49,681 bases of DNA from an uncultured Chitinophaga sp. (GCA_964456225.1 CAYWAV010000006.1:5030-54710), one strand, 5' to 3'. Shown: positions 26,529 through 37,275, counted from the stretch's first letter. Translations and numbers: made by a program. The notes: generated by a model from the sequence alone, not told the origin.

Positions 26529-27935
26529 TTATTTAATGCCATACGAATGCATCTTTATCTTGTTACCATCAGTTGGTTTAACATCATAAACGAAGTAATT
26601 TTTTCCTGCCTTTTTAATTCCTGGCTTGTCTCCCTTTTGAGTCAAGAGAGTCACCAATTCCTGATTATATTCTTTTGAAGTGACTGGAATTGTGCCCGCA
26701 GGTCCTTCGTTTACAGAGCTAGGCCAAGTGAAATTATCTGTTTTAAAAAAATCAACCATCTTCCCATCCGTGGACGAAACAATGCCATGATAAGTTCCTT
26801 TTTTATTGAATTTCCAAAAATGGAAATTCACTGTTTTTTCATCATTTGAAACATTAAAACAAACATTCAGATCTGTTTGAGAAGGATGGTGTGTAATTCC
26901 CTTGTCCACTTCAACATTTTGTTCAAAGGAATAATTATTTTGCCAGATTTTTTTTCCATCAATGGAATACTTTGCAACAAGAAATCCGGAAAGATCATTT
27001 CCTAAGCCACCCATATCTTTATACAAACTATAGATGTATACCGACTTTTTATCAGGTGACAATTTCATGCTACTGATATCATATATAATTTGATCCGTAA
27101 TATAGGGCACATCTTGATTTGCTGAAAAGTTATCGCTGAAATAGACTCCATTTTGTTCCTGAAAATTATATACCCAAAAAGGGACTTTAGAAGAAAAATC
27201 TACTTTAAAATCGACTGAAGAAATTAATTTTCCACTATAATCTATAACAGCGATGGATGTTGCGATGTCCTTATCTCTACTAACATTTGCTACATTCATG
27301 GATTTAAAATATATTTTTCCATCCGCATTACCCATATATCTCCATCCGCGACAAAACTTTGCTTCCTTTCTATCAGGAAGATTATTTTCTAAAGGTGTTA
27401 CTACTTTTGTTTCAAAATTGATAGTGTATATATATGTTTTAATAATGTCTTTTTCAATGTATTTAATGATGCAATAAAGAATGTCTTTGTCAACAAAACA
27501 TACATTTGGAAATGGTGAAGAAACGGCTATTTTTTTATCGATGTTGTTGATTACAATATCTGATTCTTTTCCATCCCAAGTAATTTTTTTTGCAATAAAG
27601 TCTGTGCCATTTTCAAAGTAAAACCAATAAGCACCTGTTGAATTAGCTGAAGAAAGGCTTATAGGCATGTTTACATTTTTGATTGGAACCTCAAAACTCT
27701 TATTCCATAAAACATTCAATTCATCGTCTACCAGAATCACATTTGATTCAAGTTTAAAGCTTGGTATTAATTTAGAAGGACTTGAGCAAGCTGAAAACAA
27801 AACCCCTTTACCATCAATCTGCTGCACGGTATTTATACTTGAGTTCGCTTTTGCTAGCGTTATTCCTGTTGCTTTGTTTTGAGAAAAGGTATTTGAAACG
27901 ATAATAGAAAAGAAGAAAAGAAATATTTTTTTCAC
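26529..27935 (-). CDS. Exported hypothetical protein, probably beta-propeller-like
   Basis: Signal peptide; repeated xDxxGKxxW-like strands. Confidence 0.8.
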   Translation of the reverse strand: MKKIFLFFFSIIVSNTFSQNKATGITLAKANSSINTVQQIDGKGVLFSACSSPSKLIPSFKLESNVILVDDELNVLWNKSFEVPIKNVNMPISLSSANSTGAYWFYFENGTDFIAKKITWDGKESDIVINNIDKKIAVSSPFPNVCFVDKDILYCIIKYIEKDIIKTYIYTINFETKVVTPLENNLPDRKEAKFCRGWRYMGNADGKIYFKSMNVANVSRDKDIATSIAVIDYSGKLISSVDFKVDFSSKVPFWVYNFQEQNGVYFSDNFSANQDVPYITDQIIYDISSMKLSPDKKSVYIYSLYKDMGGLGNDLSGFLVAKYSIDGKKIWQNNYSFEQNVEVDKGITHHPSQTDLNVCFNVSNDEKTVNFHFWKFNKKGTYHGIVSSTDGKMVDFFKTDNFTWPSSVNEGPAGTIPVTSKEYNQELVTLLTQKGDKPGIKKAGKNYFVYDVKPTDGNKIKMHSYGIK

Positions 27936-28029
27936 GATTTAGGATTTAATGGTTCATTGCTGAATTGAAAGTTTTATGTTTTTTGTGAGAACGTTTAGGT
28001 GGAAATATTACTGTTGAATGAGGTGAATA

Positions 28030-28059
28030 AAAAGGCTCTTCAATTTTGAAGAGTCTTTT
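28030..28059 (-). terminator. nuo operon terminator
   Basis: AAAAGGCTCTTCAA-TT-TTGAAGAGTCTTTT just after nuoN. Confidence 0.8.
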
Positions 28060-28077
28060 CAATGATGATTTATTATT

Positions 28078-29448
28078 TTACAACAACTTAATCACACAAT
28101 CAGGGAACAAGCCCATAGCAATGATTAGGATTGCGATAAACAACAATAATAATTTATGATTGCTTTCTACTGGCACAGCTTCTGTGCCAATACTTTCTTT
28201 GAAATACATAGCGATGATCAATCGGAAATAATAATATACTCCGATTAGCGATGCAATGATTGCAATTAAAACTAAGCCTACATTTCCTGCAACAAATGCA
28301 GAGGTGAAAATATAATACTTGGCGAAGAATCCTGCTGTTGGTGGAATTCCGGCTAATGATAAAAGAGCGATGGTCATTACAATTGCTAAAAATGGATTTG
28401 TTTTTGCCAGACCGTTGAATGAATCTACACCGTCTGAATTTTTTGCAGTTGAAATAATATGAACGATACAGAATGTTGCGATGGAACCAATAGAATAAGC
28501 TGCGGCATAAAATAAAATAGCGCTGTTTGAATACTCGTTTCCTGCAAGCAATGCCAATAACATATAACCAGCGTGTGCCACACTTGAATAAGCAAGCATG
28601 CGTTTTGTGCTTGTTTGAACAACTGCAGTAATGTTTCCAACCAATAATGTTAATGCTGCCATTACCCAAACTACATTCATCCATACACCACTTACTTCCA
28701 TGAATGTTGTAGAAAACAATCTTAAGAAAGCCGCAAATGCTGCTGTTTTCACGATGGTTGACATGAATGCCGTAATCATAGTTGGTGCGCCTTGATAAAC
28801 ATCCGGAGCCCAGAAATGAAATGGTGCAGCAGAAACTTTAAATGCCATTCCGACTAACATTAATAAAACTCCTACAGAAAAAATAGACATCGCTGCTGTT
28901 CCAGATGAAACTGCATTTACTATTTCAGAAAGATCAAACGAGCCTGTAGCTCCGTAAATTAAAGCGATTCCGAACAACAAGAATCCGGTTGCAAATGCAC
29001 CCATTATTAAATATTTGAATGCGGATTCGTTTGATGAAACATCTGTTTTATTACTTCCAGCTAAAATATACATTGGAATAGAAAGAATTTCTATTCCCAA
29101 GAATAACATGGCCATGTTGTTGTAAGAAACCATCATAACCGCTCCTACCAAGGCAAAGAGAACCAATGCAAAGTGGTCGGTTAAATTTGTTTCTTCTTTG
29201 AAAAAGCCTTCTGCCATAATGAACCAAAGGAATGCTACAACTATAATTACACCTGTAAATGCAACAGCATAATTATCGTATTGCATCATTTTAAAATACG
29301 TATGATTTGTATCCCAATCAAAAATATTTAGAACGAATGCAGTAATTAAACCAAGCAATACGATTGGATACAACAGTTTTTTAAAGCTGAAAATTTCAGC
29401 TAATAATGCAATAACGCCTAATGAAGAAAGTAATACTAATGCTTTCAT
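28078..29448 (-). CDS. nuoN: NADH-quinone oxidoreductase subunit N
   Basis: FKVSAAPFHFWAPDVYQGAP, KRMLAYSSVAHAGY. Confidence 0.97.
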   Translation of the reverse strand: MKALVLLSSLGVIALLAEIFSFKKLLYPIVLLGLITAFVLNIFDWDTNHTYFKMMQYDNYAVAFTGVIIVVAFLWFIMAEGFFKEETNLTDHFALVLFALVGAVMMVSYNNMAMLFLGIEILSIPMYILAGSNKTDVSSNESAFKYLIMGAFATGFLLFGIALIYGATGSFDLSEIVNAVSSGTAAMSIFSVGVLLMLVGMAFKVSAAPFHFWAPDVYQGAPTMITAFMSTIVKTAAFAAFLRLFSTTFMEVSGVWMNVVWVMAALTLLVGNITAVVQTSTKRMLAYSSVAHAGYMLLALLAGNEYSNSAILFYAAAYSIGSIATFCIVHIISTAKNSDGVDSFNGLAKTNPFLAIVMTIALLSLAGIPPTAGFFAKYYIFTSAFVAGNVGLVLIAIIASLIGVYYYFRLIIAMYFKESIGTEAVPVESNHKLLLLFIAILIIAMGLFPDCVIKLL

Positions 29449-29471
29449 ATTTTGTTCTTACGAATTTTACG

Positions 29472-29496
29472 CCCTTCGACTCCGCTCAGGGTGACG
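29472..29496 (-). repeat. CGTC-tagged REP-like palindrome (copy 1)
   Basis: CGTCACCCTGAGCGGAGTCGAAGGG; 23/24 identical to 34054-34077. Confidence 0.8.
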
Positions 29497-29515
29497 TTTA
29501 ATTTCTGTTAAATAC

Positions 29516-30982
29516 TTATTTACCCAATGCTGTATTAAGCCCTGTTATCAACTGATCCACCGATGGCGAAACAATATCTGTTAATGGTTTTGGAAACACT
29601 CCAAACACAATAATTGCTGCACAAATTATAATCAATACTGCTTTTTCACTTGTTTCTAATGGAGCAAATGAAGAAGTAATTGTATTTGTTTCGCCCAACA
29701 TAATGGATTGGTAACTGCGCAACATATAAACAGCGCCTAATATAACCGACAATCCTGCAAAGCCCGCCATCCATGGATTAAACTGATACACTCCATTTAA
29801 CAATAAAAATTCTCCAACAAATCCGTTTGTTAATGGAAGTGCTACACTTCCTAATAAAACGATTAAAAATAAAACTGCGAATTGAGGATTCACATTTCTG
29901 ATTCCGCCTAAAGCAGCTATTTCGCGAGTGTTTGTGCGTTTTTGAATTAAATCAACGATGAAGAATAATCCAACAACGTTTACACCGTGACTCAACATTT
30001 GAATCATTGCACCTTGAACTCCTTGCGTGTTCATAGATAAAATTCCTGCAGCAATTAATCCAACGTGAGCGATAGATGAATAAGCGATTAATCTTTTGAA
30101 ATCTTTTTGTGCGATAGCGATGCAAGAAGCATAAACCACTCCGAATACCGCCAATCCAATCGCAATGTTTGCATATTTTTCAACGCCTAATGGCGCTAAA
30201 GGCAACAACCAACGAATCACTCCGAATGTTCCCATCTTTAACATGATTCCCGAAAGCATCATTGTTCCTTGCGTTGGAGCTGTTGTATAAGTATCCGGCT
30301 GCCAAGTGTGGAAGGGAAACACAGGCATCTTCACTGCAAATGCAATAAACATTGCCCAGAATACATATCCTTGGTGAACAACATCTAAACTTTGTCCGGC
30401 TGTATAAAGTGCTGTAATGTCAAAACTGTGTTCCCCGGGTGTGTGCAGGTATAAATAAATTAATCCTCCTAGCATGAATAAACTTCCTGCTAAGGTGTAA
30501 ACAAAAAATTTGAATGTAATTCTTGCTCTGTCCTCTCCACCCCATAACAAACAAATAAAATAAATTGGAATAAGTGCAAGCTCCCAGAATACATAAAACA
30601 AGAATCCATCTAATGAAACAAACACTCCAACTAATGCCATTTGCATGATTAGAATCAAGGAATAAAACGCAGATGGATTTTTGTGTTCTGTATTGAAAGA
30701 GGTAAGAATGATAACAGGAACAAGAAAAGTAGTAAGCAAAACCAGCAACATGGAGATTCCATCAATACCAACATGGAAAGTTATTCCAAGAGATTGCACC
30801 CAAGCATAATTCCATTCAAATTGCGTTGTTGCATCTTGATGAAATTGAGTCAATGCAAAAACTGCGATTGCAAATTCTAAAATTGCTGCGCCCAATGCAA
30901 GTGTTTTTACTTTTGGTCCTTTTACAAACAACAATAGTAAACCTGCAACTAAAGGAAAAAATATTAATAATAATGTGATCAT
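29516..30982 (-). CDS. nuoM: NADH-quinone oxidoreductase subunit M
   Basis: FYVFWE, KMPVFPFHTW, LKMG, KRLIAYSSIAH. Confidence 0.97.
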   Translation of the reverse strand: MITLLLIFFPLVAGLLLLFVKGPKVKTLALGAAILEFAIAVFALTQFHQDATTQFEWNYAWVQSLGITFHVGIDGISMLLVLLTTFLVPVIILTSFNTEHKNPSAFYSLILIMQMALVGVFVSLDGFLFYVFWELALIPIYFICLLWGGEDRARITFKFFVYTLAGSLFMLGGLIYLYLHTPGEHSFDITALYTAGQSLDVVHQGYVFWAMFIAFAVKMPVFPFHTWQPDTYTTAPTQGTMMLSGIMLKMGTFGVIRWLLPLAPLGVEKYANIAIGLAVFGVVYASCIAIAQKDFKRLIAYSSIAHVGLIAAGILSMNTQGVQGAMIQMLSHGVNVVGLFFIVDLIQKRTNTREIAALGGIRNVNPQFAVLFLIVLLGSVALPLTNGFVGEFLLLNGVYQFNPWMAGFAGLSVILGAVYMLRSYQSIMLGETNTITSSFAPLETSEKAVLIIICAAIIVFGVFPKPLTDIVSPSVDQLITGLNTALGK

Positions 30983-31042
30983 AATTTATTAAATAAATTC
31001 TAAATCTTAACTTTTATTCTTCTTCGTAATTTACATTCGCTA

Positions 31043-31076
31043 AATCCCCCTAACCCCCTTTTTCAAAGGGGGAATT
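31043..31076. repeat. C/G-rich hairpin repeat
   Basis: AATCCCCCTAACCCCCTTTTTCAAAGGGGGAATT; identical except one T to 42918-42950. Confidence 0.85.
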
Positions 31077-31129
31077 GAGTCTGCTAATATTCTAATATAT
31101 ATTATTCTATAATAATCTTATTTCAAAAA

Positions 31130-33028
31130 TTAAAAGAGCTGTGTAAATAAAATCAACACAATACTAATCACCATTACAAAAATGTAAAACCCAATGTTTC
31201 CGGTTTGTGCCAAACGAATTGTTCCACTCATCCAACTGACAGCTGAGCCTACTCCATTTACAATTCCATCTACCAATTGATTGTCGATAATTTTATGAAA
31301 TGCATCAGAAATCATGTTCAATGGTCGTGTAATAAAACTTTCATAAATTTCGTCCACCCAATATTTATTGTAAACTAATTTGTGAAGTGGGTTTAGGTCT
31401 TTTCCTTCAGCAGGAGGCAATACACCTTTCTTCACGTAAGTAGTGAATGCATAATAAATGGCCCCAATCATAACAGCTGTTGCAACACCCATTAAGATGT
31501 ATTCTGTTTGATGTGATAAATGGTGAACCAAACGGAAAGAAGAGGCTTCGAATACCGGACTTAAAAACGCTTCTAAATAATGATTGCCATGTAATACAGC
31601 TGGAATACCAACCAATCCGCCAACGACAGACAGAACAGCCAAAACCATCAAGGGAATTGTCATTGATTTTGGTGATTCGTGAAGATGGTGTTCTTGTTCG
31701 TGTGTTCCTCTGAATTTTCCGTGGAAGGTTAGGAAATATAAGCGGAACATATAAAAGGTTGTCATTGCTGCTCCTAAAATTCCTAAGAACCAAAGTAATT
31801 TATTGTGAGCAAAAACATTTGCTAAAATTTCGTCTTTAGAAAAGAATCCTGAGAAAGGGAAACAACCTGCGATGGCGAGTGTTCCAATTAAGAATGTAAT
31901 GTGAGTTGTAGAAATGTATTTTTTCAATCCACCCATTTTACGAATGTCTTGTTCGCCACTCATTGCATGAATCACACTTCCTGCACCAAGGAATAACAAT
32001 GCTTTGAAGAAAGCGTGAGTCATTACGTGAAACACCGCTCCGGTATAAGCACCCACTCCTAAAGCGAGGAACATATATCCTAATTGTGATACGGTAGAAT
32101 AAGCCAATACTTTTTTAATATCGTTTTGTGCCAAGCCGATTGTTGCAGCAAACAAAGCAGTACAAACACCAATGATGGCAACAACATTCATTGCATCAGG
32201 AGAAAGTGTGTATAAAATATTTGAACGTGCAATCATATAAATACCTGCCGTTACCATGGTTGCAGCATGGATCAATGCAGATACAGGAGTTGGCCCCGCC
32301 ATCGCATCGGGTAACCAAGTATACAATGGAAGCTGTGCACTTTTTCCCATAGCACCAATAAACAATAACAATGCAATGATTGTAATGGTTGTATTACCAG
32401 AGCCCATATTTTTTGCTTGCTCAAATACATCGTGATAGCCGATGCTTCCGAACGTTACAAAAATTAAAATGATTCCTAATAAAAATCCTAAATCTCCAAC
32501 ACGATTCATGATGAATGCTTTTTTCGCTGCATTGTTGTAAGCCGTATTTTTAAACCAGAATCCAATTAATAAGTAAGAACATAATCCAACGCCTTCCCAA
32601 CCAACAAACATAATTAGGTAGTTGGAACCCATCACCAATAATAACATGAAGAAAATAAACAAGTTCAGATATGCGAAGAAACGAGAAAACCCTTCATCGT
32701 GACTCATATATCCAGCAGAGTAAACGTGAATTAAGAATCCAATTCCTGTAATGATTAGCAGGAATAAAGAAGAGAGTGGATCAATTAAAAAAGAAAATGG
32801 AATGGAAAGTTTTCCTGCAGAAATCCAATTAAACAATTCAACTGTGTATTCTTTTTGAACTCCATTTTTCAATTCGAAAAATATTCCAACAGCAATTGCC
32901 AGAGCTCCAAAAATAACTCCACTACCAATTATTCCAACAAGTCCTTTCGATAATTTTTTTCCAAATAGCCCAATGATAATAAATCCTATCAAGGGAAGAA
33001 GCGGTACTAACCAAACTAATTTTATCAT
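31130..33028 (-). CDS. nuoL: NADH-quinone oxidoreductase subunit L
   Basis: GKSAQLPL.TWLPDAMAGPTPVSALIHAATMV. Confidence 0.98.
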   Translation of the reverse strand: MIKLVWLVPLLPLIGFIIIGLFGKKLSKGLVGIIGSGVIFGALAIAVGIFFELKNGVQKEYTVELFNWISAGKLSIPFSFLIDPLSSLFLLIITGIGFLIHVYSAGYMSHDEGFSRFFAYLNLFIFFMLLLVMGSNYLIMFVGWEGVGLCSYLLIGFWFKNTAYNNAAKKAFIMNRVGDLGFLLGIILIFVTFGSIGYHDVFEQAKNMGSGNTTITIIALLLFIGAMGKSAQLPLYTWLPDAMAGPTPVSALIHAATMVTAGIYMIARSNILYTLSPDAMNVVAIIGVCTALFAATIGLAQNDIKKVLAYSTVSQLGYMFLALGVGAYTGAVFHVMTHAFFKALLFLGAGSVIHAMSGEQDIRKMGGLKKYISTTHITFLIGTLAIAGCFPFSGFFSKDEILANVFAHNKLLWFLGILGAAMTTFYMFRLYFLTFHGKFRGTHEQEHHLHESPKSMTIPLMVLAVLSVVGGLVGIPAVLHGNHYLEAFLSPVFEASSFRLVHHLSHQTEYILMGVATAVMIGAIYYAFTTYVKKGVLPPAEGKDLNPLHKLVYNKYWVDEIYESFITRPLNMISDAFHKIIDNQLVDGIVNGVGSAVSWMSGTIRLAQTGNIGFYIFVMVISIVLILFTQLF

Positions 33029-33046
33029 ACTCTATTTTTCAATTTG

Positions 33047-33076
33047 CAGTTGGCAATTAAACAGTTGGCAATTGCC
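33047..33076. repeat. CAGTTGGCAA short-repeat cluster
   Basis: CAGTTGGCAATT x2; related cluster at 36911-36942. Confidence 0.7.
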
Positions 33077-33101
33077 GAGCTGTGTTTGCTAACCAATTAT
33101 T

Positions 33102-33419
33102 TTACCACTTAAGTTTGTTCAACATATTGATGTCAGATGATTTTGTATTTCTATACACCATCATCAAAATTGCTAATCCTACAGCTACTTCTGCGGCAGC
33201 TACGGCCATAATAAAAAACACAAATACTTGTCCTTTACTGTCAGATAAATAACTGGAAAAAGCAACAAGCAATAAGTTTACTGCATTCAGCATCAACTCT
33301 ATCGACATAAAAATGATGATTGCATTTCGTCTAATTAAAACCCCAGCTACGCCAATGGTGAACAGCACTGTGCTTAAAAGAATGTACCATTCAATAGGAA
33401 TTGTTTGTATTGCGCTCAT
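33102..33419 (-). CDS. nuoK: NADH-quinone oxidoreductase subunit K
   Basis: [21 protein letters not shown]. Confidence 0.97.
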   Translation of the reverse strand: MSAIQTIPIEWYILLSTVLFTIGVAGVLIRRNAIIIFMSIELMLNAVNLLLVAFSSYLSDSKGQVFVFFIMAVAAAEVAVGLAILMMVYRNTKSSDINMLNKLKW

Positions 33420-33421
33420 TT

Positions 33422-33532
33422 GGCTCCTCCAGCCTCCCCAAAGGGAAGGGTTTAAAATTTGTTTTTAATAATTAACTTATTCTTCATTTAGCTCAATCCC
33501 TAAGCCCTCCTTTAAGGAGGGTTTGGGTGGGC
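33422..33532 (-). repeat. Inverted hairpin doublet enclosing mini[14 protein letters not shown] (33487-33452)
   Basis: CCCTCC-TTTAA-GGAGGG and CCTCCCC-AAA-GGGAAGG with oppositely oriented tails. Confidence 0.75.
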
Positions 33533-34033
33533 CTATTTTATGCTTTTTTTACCCAACATTACTGCACCAACCATTGCTGCTAACAACAAGATGGAAGATA
33601 CTTCAAATGGCAATAAAAAATCGTTGAACAATGTCATTCCCAAGTTCTCAATTAATCCAATGCTTGCATCAAATGTATTTGTGGATTGAATTGTTTCTGC
33701 TCCTTTTAAAGCGCCAACCAATACAACTAGAAGCGAACCGGAAGCAACAACCGCTGATCCTTTCAGCCAAATGCTTTTATGTGGTTCCGTTTCTTTATTC
33801 AAATTCAAAAGCATAATCACAAATAAAAACAAAACCATAATCGCTCCTGCATACACAATGATGTGAACTGCTGCTAAAAACTGAGCGTTCAATAAAACAT
33901 AATGTCCTGCAATTGCAAAAAAGGTAAGTACCAAATACAAAACACTGTGAATAGGGTTTTTAGTTAAAACCACCATCGATGCAAACATCAGCGCTAAGAA
34001 GGATAATAAGTAAAATAAATATTCTGTAATCAT
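33533..34033 (-). CDS. nuoJ: NADH-quinone oxidoreductase subunit J
   Basis: NPIHSVL, VYAGAIMVLFLFVIML, PFEV. Confidence 0.97.
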   Translation of the reverse strand: MITEYLFYLLSFLALMFASMVVLTKNPIHSVLYLVLTFFAIAGHYVLLNAQFLAAVHIIVYAGAIMVLFLFVIMLLNLNKETEPHKSIWLKGSAVVASGSLLVVLVGALKGAETIQSTNTFDASIGLIENLGMTLFNDFLLPFEVSSILLLAAMVGAVMLGKKSIK

Positions 34034-34053
34034 AATAGTGTTGTTTGTCGTTT

Positions 34054-34078
34054 CCCTTCGACTACGCTCAGGGTGACA
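34054..34078 (-). repeat. CGTC-like REP palindrome (copy 2)
   Basis: TGTCACCCTGAGCGTAGTCGAAGGG. Confidence 0.8.
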
Positions 34079-34093
34079 CTAGCTTTTAGAAAA

Positions 34094-34705
34094 CTAATGA
34101 CGATCGATTTTTGTCTTTTTATTTTTATTGAATGTTTCGTTGTGAGCAAACTCATTGTGTTTTTTAAATTCAGCAACACTTGAAGTTTCGCGCACACTCA
34201 CATCCACACGTTTGTCTTTTTCAATTCCTTCTACCAAAATATCTTTTCCGTAAATAAGTTCTTTTCGAGTATAAAAACTGTCCACTTTTCTATCCGTTAA
34301 AAAGATTGCTTCTTTCGGACAAGCTTCTTCGCAATCTCCACAAAAGATACAGCGTAGCATATTTATTTCATAAACAGCAGCATACTTTTCTTCGCGGTAT
34401 AAATGCTCTTCACCGGGCTTACGTTCTGCAGCAACCATTGTAATGGCTTCAGCGGGACAAGCAACAGCGCACAATCCACAAGCGGTACAACGTTCTGCTC
34501 CAATTTCGTCTCGTTTTAAAGTATGTTGTCCACGATAAATTTTACTAAACTCACGTGTTTGTTCAGGATATTTTATTGTTACTGATTTTTTGAAAAGGTG
34601 AGTGAACGTAATCCACATCCCACTGAAAATAGCGGGCAGATACATTCTTTCAAGAAATGTCATCTCCTTTTTTGAAACAACTTGTGATCTGTTAGTTAAT
34701 TGCAT
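34094..34705 (-). CDS. nuoI: NADH-quinone oxidoreductase subunit I
   Basis: Two CxxCxxCxxxCP motifs. Confidence 0.97.
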   Translation of the reverse strand: MQLTNRSQVVSKKEMTFLERMYLPAIFSGMWITFTHLFKKSVTIKYPEQTREFSKIYRGQHTLKRDEIGAERCTACGLCAVACPAEAITMVAAERKPGEEHLYREEKYAAVYEINMLRCIFCGDCEEACPKEAIFLTDRKVDSFYTRKELIYGKDILVEGIEKDKRVDVSVRETSSVAEFKKHNEFAHNETFNKNKKTKIDRH

Positions 34706-34711
34706 TTTTAT

Positions 34712-35791
34712 TTACTTAAAAAAATATGTTATTATTTCATGGCGCATCATTACAGCACCTGTGATTATCAAATTAAATATCGATAATGGAATTAATATTT
34801 TCCATCCTAAATTCATTAATTGATCGTAGCGGAAACGGGGCAATGTCCAACGCACCCACATGAATAAAAAGATGAACCCAACAATTTTCATAAATAAGAA
34901 AACGAATCCTAAAATGGCTAACCAGTTTGGATCGTGCACCCATCTTCCAATCAGCGGCATGTTGTATCCACCAAAATAGAATGTAGCAATTACTGCAGAA
35001 GAAATAAACATGTTGATGTATTCTGCGAATAAAAACAATCCTAATTTCATGGAACTGTATTCGGTGTGATATCCGCCTACTAATTCTGTTTCACATTCCG
35101 GTAAATCAAACGGAGCGCGATTGGTTTCTGCGAAAGCACAAATAATAAAAATCAAACAGCCCAGTGGTTGATAAAATACATTCCAATTAAATGATGGAGT
35201 ATCAAATATTCCCCATAATTTTCCAACACCTTGTTGAGCTGCAATTTCTCCAGTGCTCAATGTTCCCGTCATCATTACCAAGGCAATGATTGAAATCCCC
35301 ATTGCTACTTCGTAACTAATCATTTGTGAAGAAGCACGAATTGCACCCAACAAAGAATATTTATTATTAGAAGCCCAACCACCAATCATGATTCCGTAAA
35401 CACCTAAAGAAAGAACACCAAATAAATAAAGAATTCCAATGTTCACATCCGCAATTTGCAATGGATAATCAACGCCACCAATGTTGATGGATTTTCCCCA
35501 AGGAATAATTACACCCGTCATACAAGCAGTAAGCATACACAATCCCGGACCAATGATAAAAAGTATTTTATTAGAAACACTTGGAATCACTTCTTCCTTC
35601 ATAAACATTTTCACCGCATCGGCTAATGGCTGAAGAATTCCGAAAGGACCAGCTCTGTTCGGGCCAATACGATCCTGAAGAAATGCTGCAATTTTTCTTT
35701 CAGCATAGGTGCTGTAAGTCGCAACCAATAATGTGATTGAAAACACAATCAACACCAAAATTATTTTATATATCAGAAAATCTATTGTCAT
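34712..35791 (-). CDS. nuoH: NADH-quinone oxidoreductase subunit H
   Basis: QDRIGPNRAGPFG, ETNRAPFDLPE, PRFRYDQLM. Confidence 0.98.
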   Translation of the reverse strand: MTIDFLIYKIILVLIVFSITLLVATYSTYAERKIAAFLQDRIGPNRAGPFGILQPLADAVKMFMKEEVIPSVSNKILFIIGPGLCMLTACMTGVIIPWGKSINIGGVDYPLQIADVNIGILYLFGVLSLGVYGIMIGGWASNNKYSLLGAIRASSQMISYEVAMGISIIALVMMTGTLSTGEIAAQQGVGKLWGIFDTPSFNWNVFYQPLGCLIFIICAFAETNRAPFDLPECETELVGGYHTEYSSMKLGLFLFAEYINMFISSAVIATFYFGGYNMPLIGRWVHDPNWLAILGFVFLFMKIVGFIFLFMWVRWTLPRFRYDQLMNLGWKILIPLSIFNLIITGAVMMRHEIITYFFK

Positions 35792-35797
35792 ATTTAA

Positions 35798-35906
35798 AGC
35801 TCCTCTAATCTCGACAAATTCGAGAATTTCTTTTTTGTTGTTTAGTTTTTTTGCTTCTCACCTATCACCCCCTCTCTTTATGGAGAGGGGATTAAGGGGA
35901 GAGGCT
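35798..35906. repeat. Hairpin doublet, one copy degenerate
   Basis: CCCCTCTC-TTTATG-GAGAGGGG-ATTAAGGGGAGAGG; decayed partner GCTCCTCTAATCTCGA...TCGAG. Confidence 0.7.
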
Positions 35907-36902
35907 TTATTTTTTCTTGGCTACCAGTTGTTTTTGTTGTTTACCAATATCCAATTTCAATTGCGCTAAATTCTCATAGTGGTTTTGTGAAATAACAGAA
36001 TGACGATCGATGTGTGTTGGTTTTTCAATCACCCAATCTTTCGCATCTTTTTTCTCGAAACGACAATCGTTACAAATCCAATCGATTGCTTCTCCCCACT
36101 GATCCTTACGAGCAGTCACACGCAACACTTCATTTCCTTTCATCCAAATAGCAACCTTACCAGAACATTTTGTACAGTTGCGGTGAGCATCCATTGGTTT
36201 TGTAAACCAAACGCGACTTTTGAAACGCCATGTTCTATCGGTTAATGCACCAACTGGACAAACATCAATTACGTTTCCAGAAAAATCGTTATCAATTGCT
36301 TTCTCGATGTAAGTACTAATTTCAGAGGCATCTCCGCGGAACAACATTCCTTGGAAACGGTTATTTGTAATTTGATCAGCCACTTTAATGCAACGGAAAC
36401 ACATGATACAACGCGTCATGTGTAACTTAATGTAAGGACCGATATCAATTAAATTAAATGTTCTTCTTGAAAAATCGTAGCGTGTTTTTGCTAATCCGTG
36501 TTCGTACCCTAAATCTTGCAAATGACACTCTCCTGCTTGATCGCAGATAGGACAATCTAATGGGTGATTGATTAATAAAAATTCAACAACACCTTTTCTA
36601 GCTTCTAATACTTCAGGAGAAGTTGTATTTACCACTTCCATTCCATCCATTACAAATGTTCTACAAGACGCAACTGGCTTGGGCATTGGGCGGGGATCTT
36701 TTTCAGAACCTTTTGTAACTTTAACAATACAGGTACGACAATATCCACCACTCGTTGTTAATTTTGAGTAATAGCACATTGTAGGAGGAGCAACTTTTGC
36801 GTCCACCTCCGGATTTTTTTCTACAAGCATACGCGCTGCTTGCAAGATGGTTGTTCCATCCGGCACTTCAATCGTATGTCCGTCTATCGTAACTTTCGCC
36901 AT
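35907..36902 (-). CDS. nuoG: NADH-quinone oxidoreductase subunit G (short form, Fe-S domains only)
   Basis: CY...GYCRTC, NHPLDCPICDQAGEC, RCIMCFRC, DVCPVGAL. Confidence 0.95.
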   Translation of the reverse strand: MAKVTIDGHTIEVPDGTTILQAARMLVEKNPEVDAKVAPPTMCYYSKLTTSGGYCRTCIVKVTKGSEKDPRPMPKPVASCRTFVMDGMEVVNTTSPEVLEARKGVVEFLLINHPLDCPICDQAGECHLQDLGYEHGLAKTRYDFSRRTFNLIDIGPYIKLHMTRCIMCFRCIKVADQITNNRFQGMLFRGDASEISTYIEKAIDNDFSGNVIDVCPVGALTDRTWRFKSRVWFTKPMDAHRNCTKCSGKVAIWMKGNEVLRVTARKDQWGEAIDWICNDCRFEKKDAKDWVIEKPTHIDRHSVISQNHYENLAQLKLDIGKQQKQLVAKKK

Positions 36903-36972
36903 TTTAAATTCAATTGGCAGTAGGCAATTTTTCAGTTGGCAAGCCAGCTTTTTGCGATACTGTTTTTATTTT

Positions 36973-37191
36973 TTAACTATTTTTCTTCGTTTCAGCATCA
37001 AGAAATACAACCGCGAGCCCTTTCTCAACTTTATTATATCTACCGTCCCACCACTCTTTGTTTTTATTTTCTTCGACCTTTATTAACTCTGCTTTTTTAA
37101 TTGGTTCATAGCCATCCTCATATCCTTCTGTTACAACCAAAGCATCGGCAGGATATCCTTTTAATGTCTCTATTAATTGTTGAACAGTCAT
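36973..37191 (-). CDS. Small hypothetical protein inserted in the nuo operon
   Basis: MTVQQLIETLKGYPADALVVTEGYEDGY; co-oriented; not a complex I subunit. Confidence 0.75.
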   Translation of the reverse strand: MTVQQLIETLKGYPADALVVTEGYEDGYEPIKKAELIKVEENKNKEWWDGRYNKVEKGLAVVFLDAETKKNS

Positions 37192-37227
37192 TGGAGATTA
37201 GTATTATTAAAAAATAGGTTTATTATT

Positions 37228-37272
37228 TTACGCTCCCTGCAATTGATTAACACTATAAATAATATTTCTCAT
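37228..37272 (-). repeat. Duplicate of the nuoF 3' end forming miniORF MRNIIYSVNQLQGA
   Basis: 37228-37258 matches 37852-37882 at 29/31, both differences synonymous. Confidence 0.9.
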
Positions 37273-37275
37273 CTT

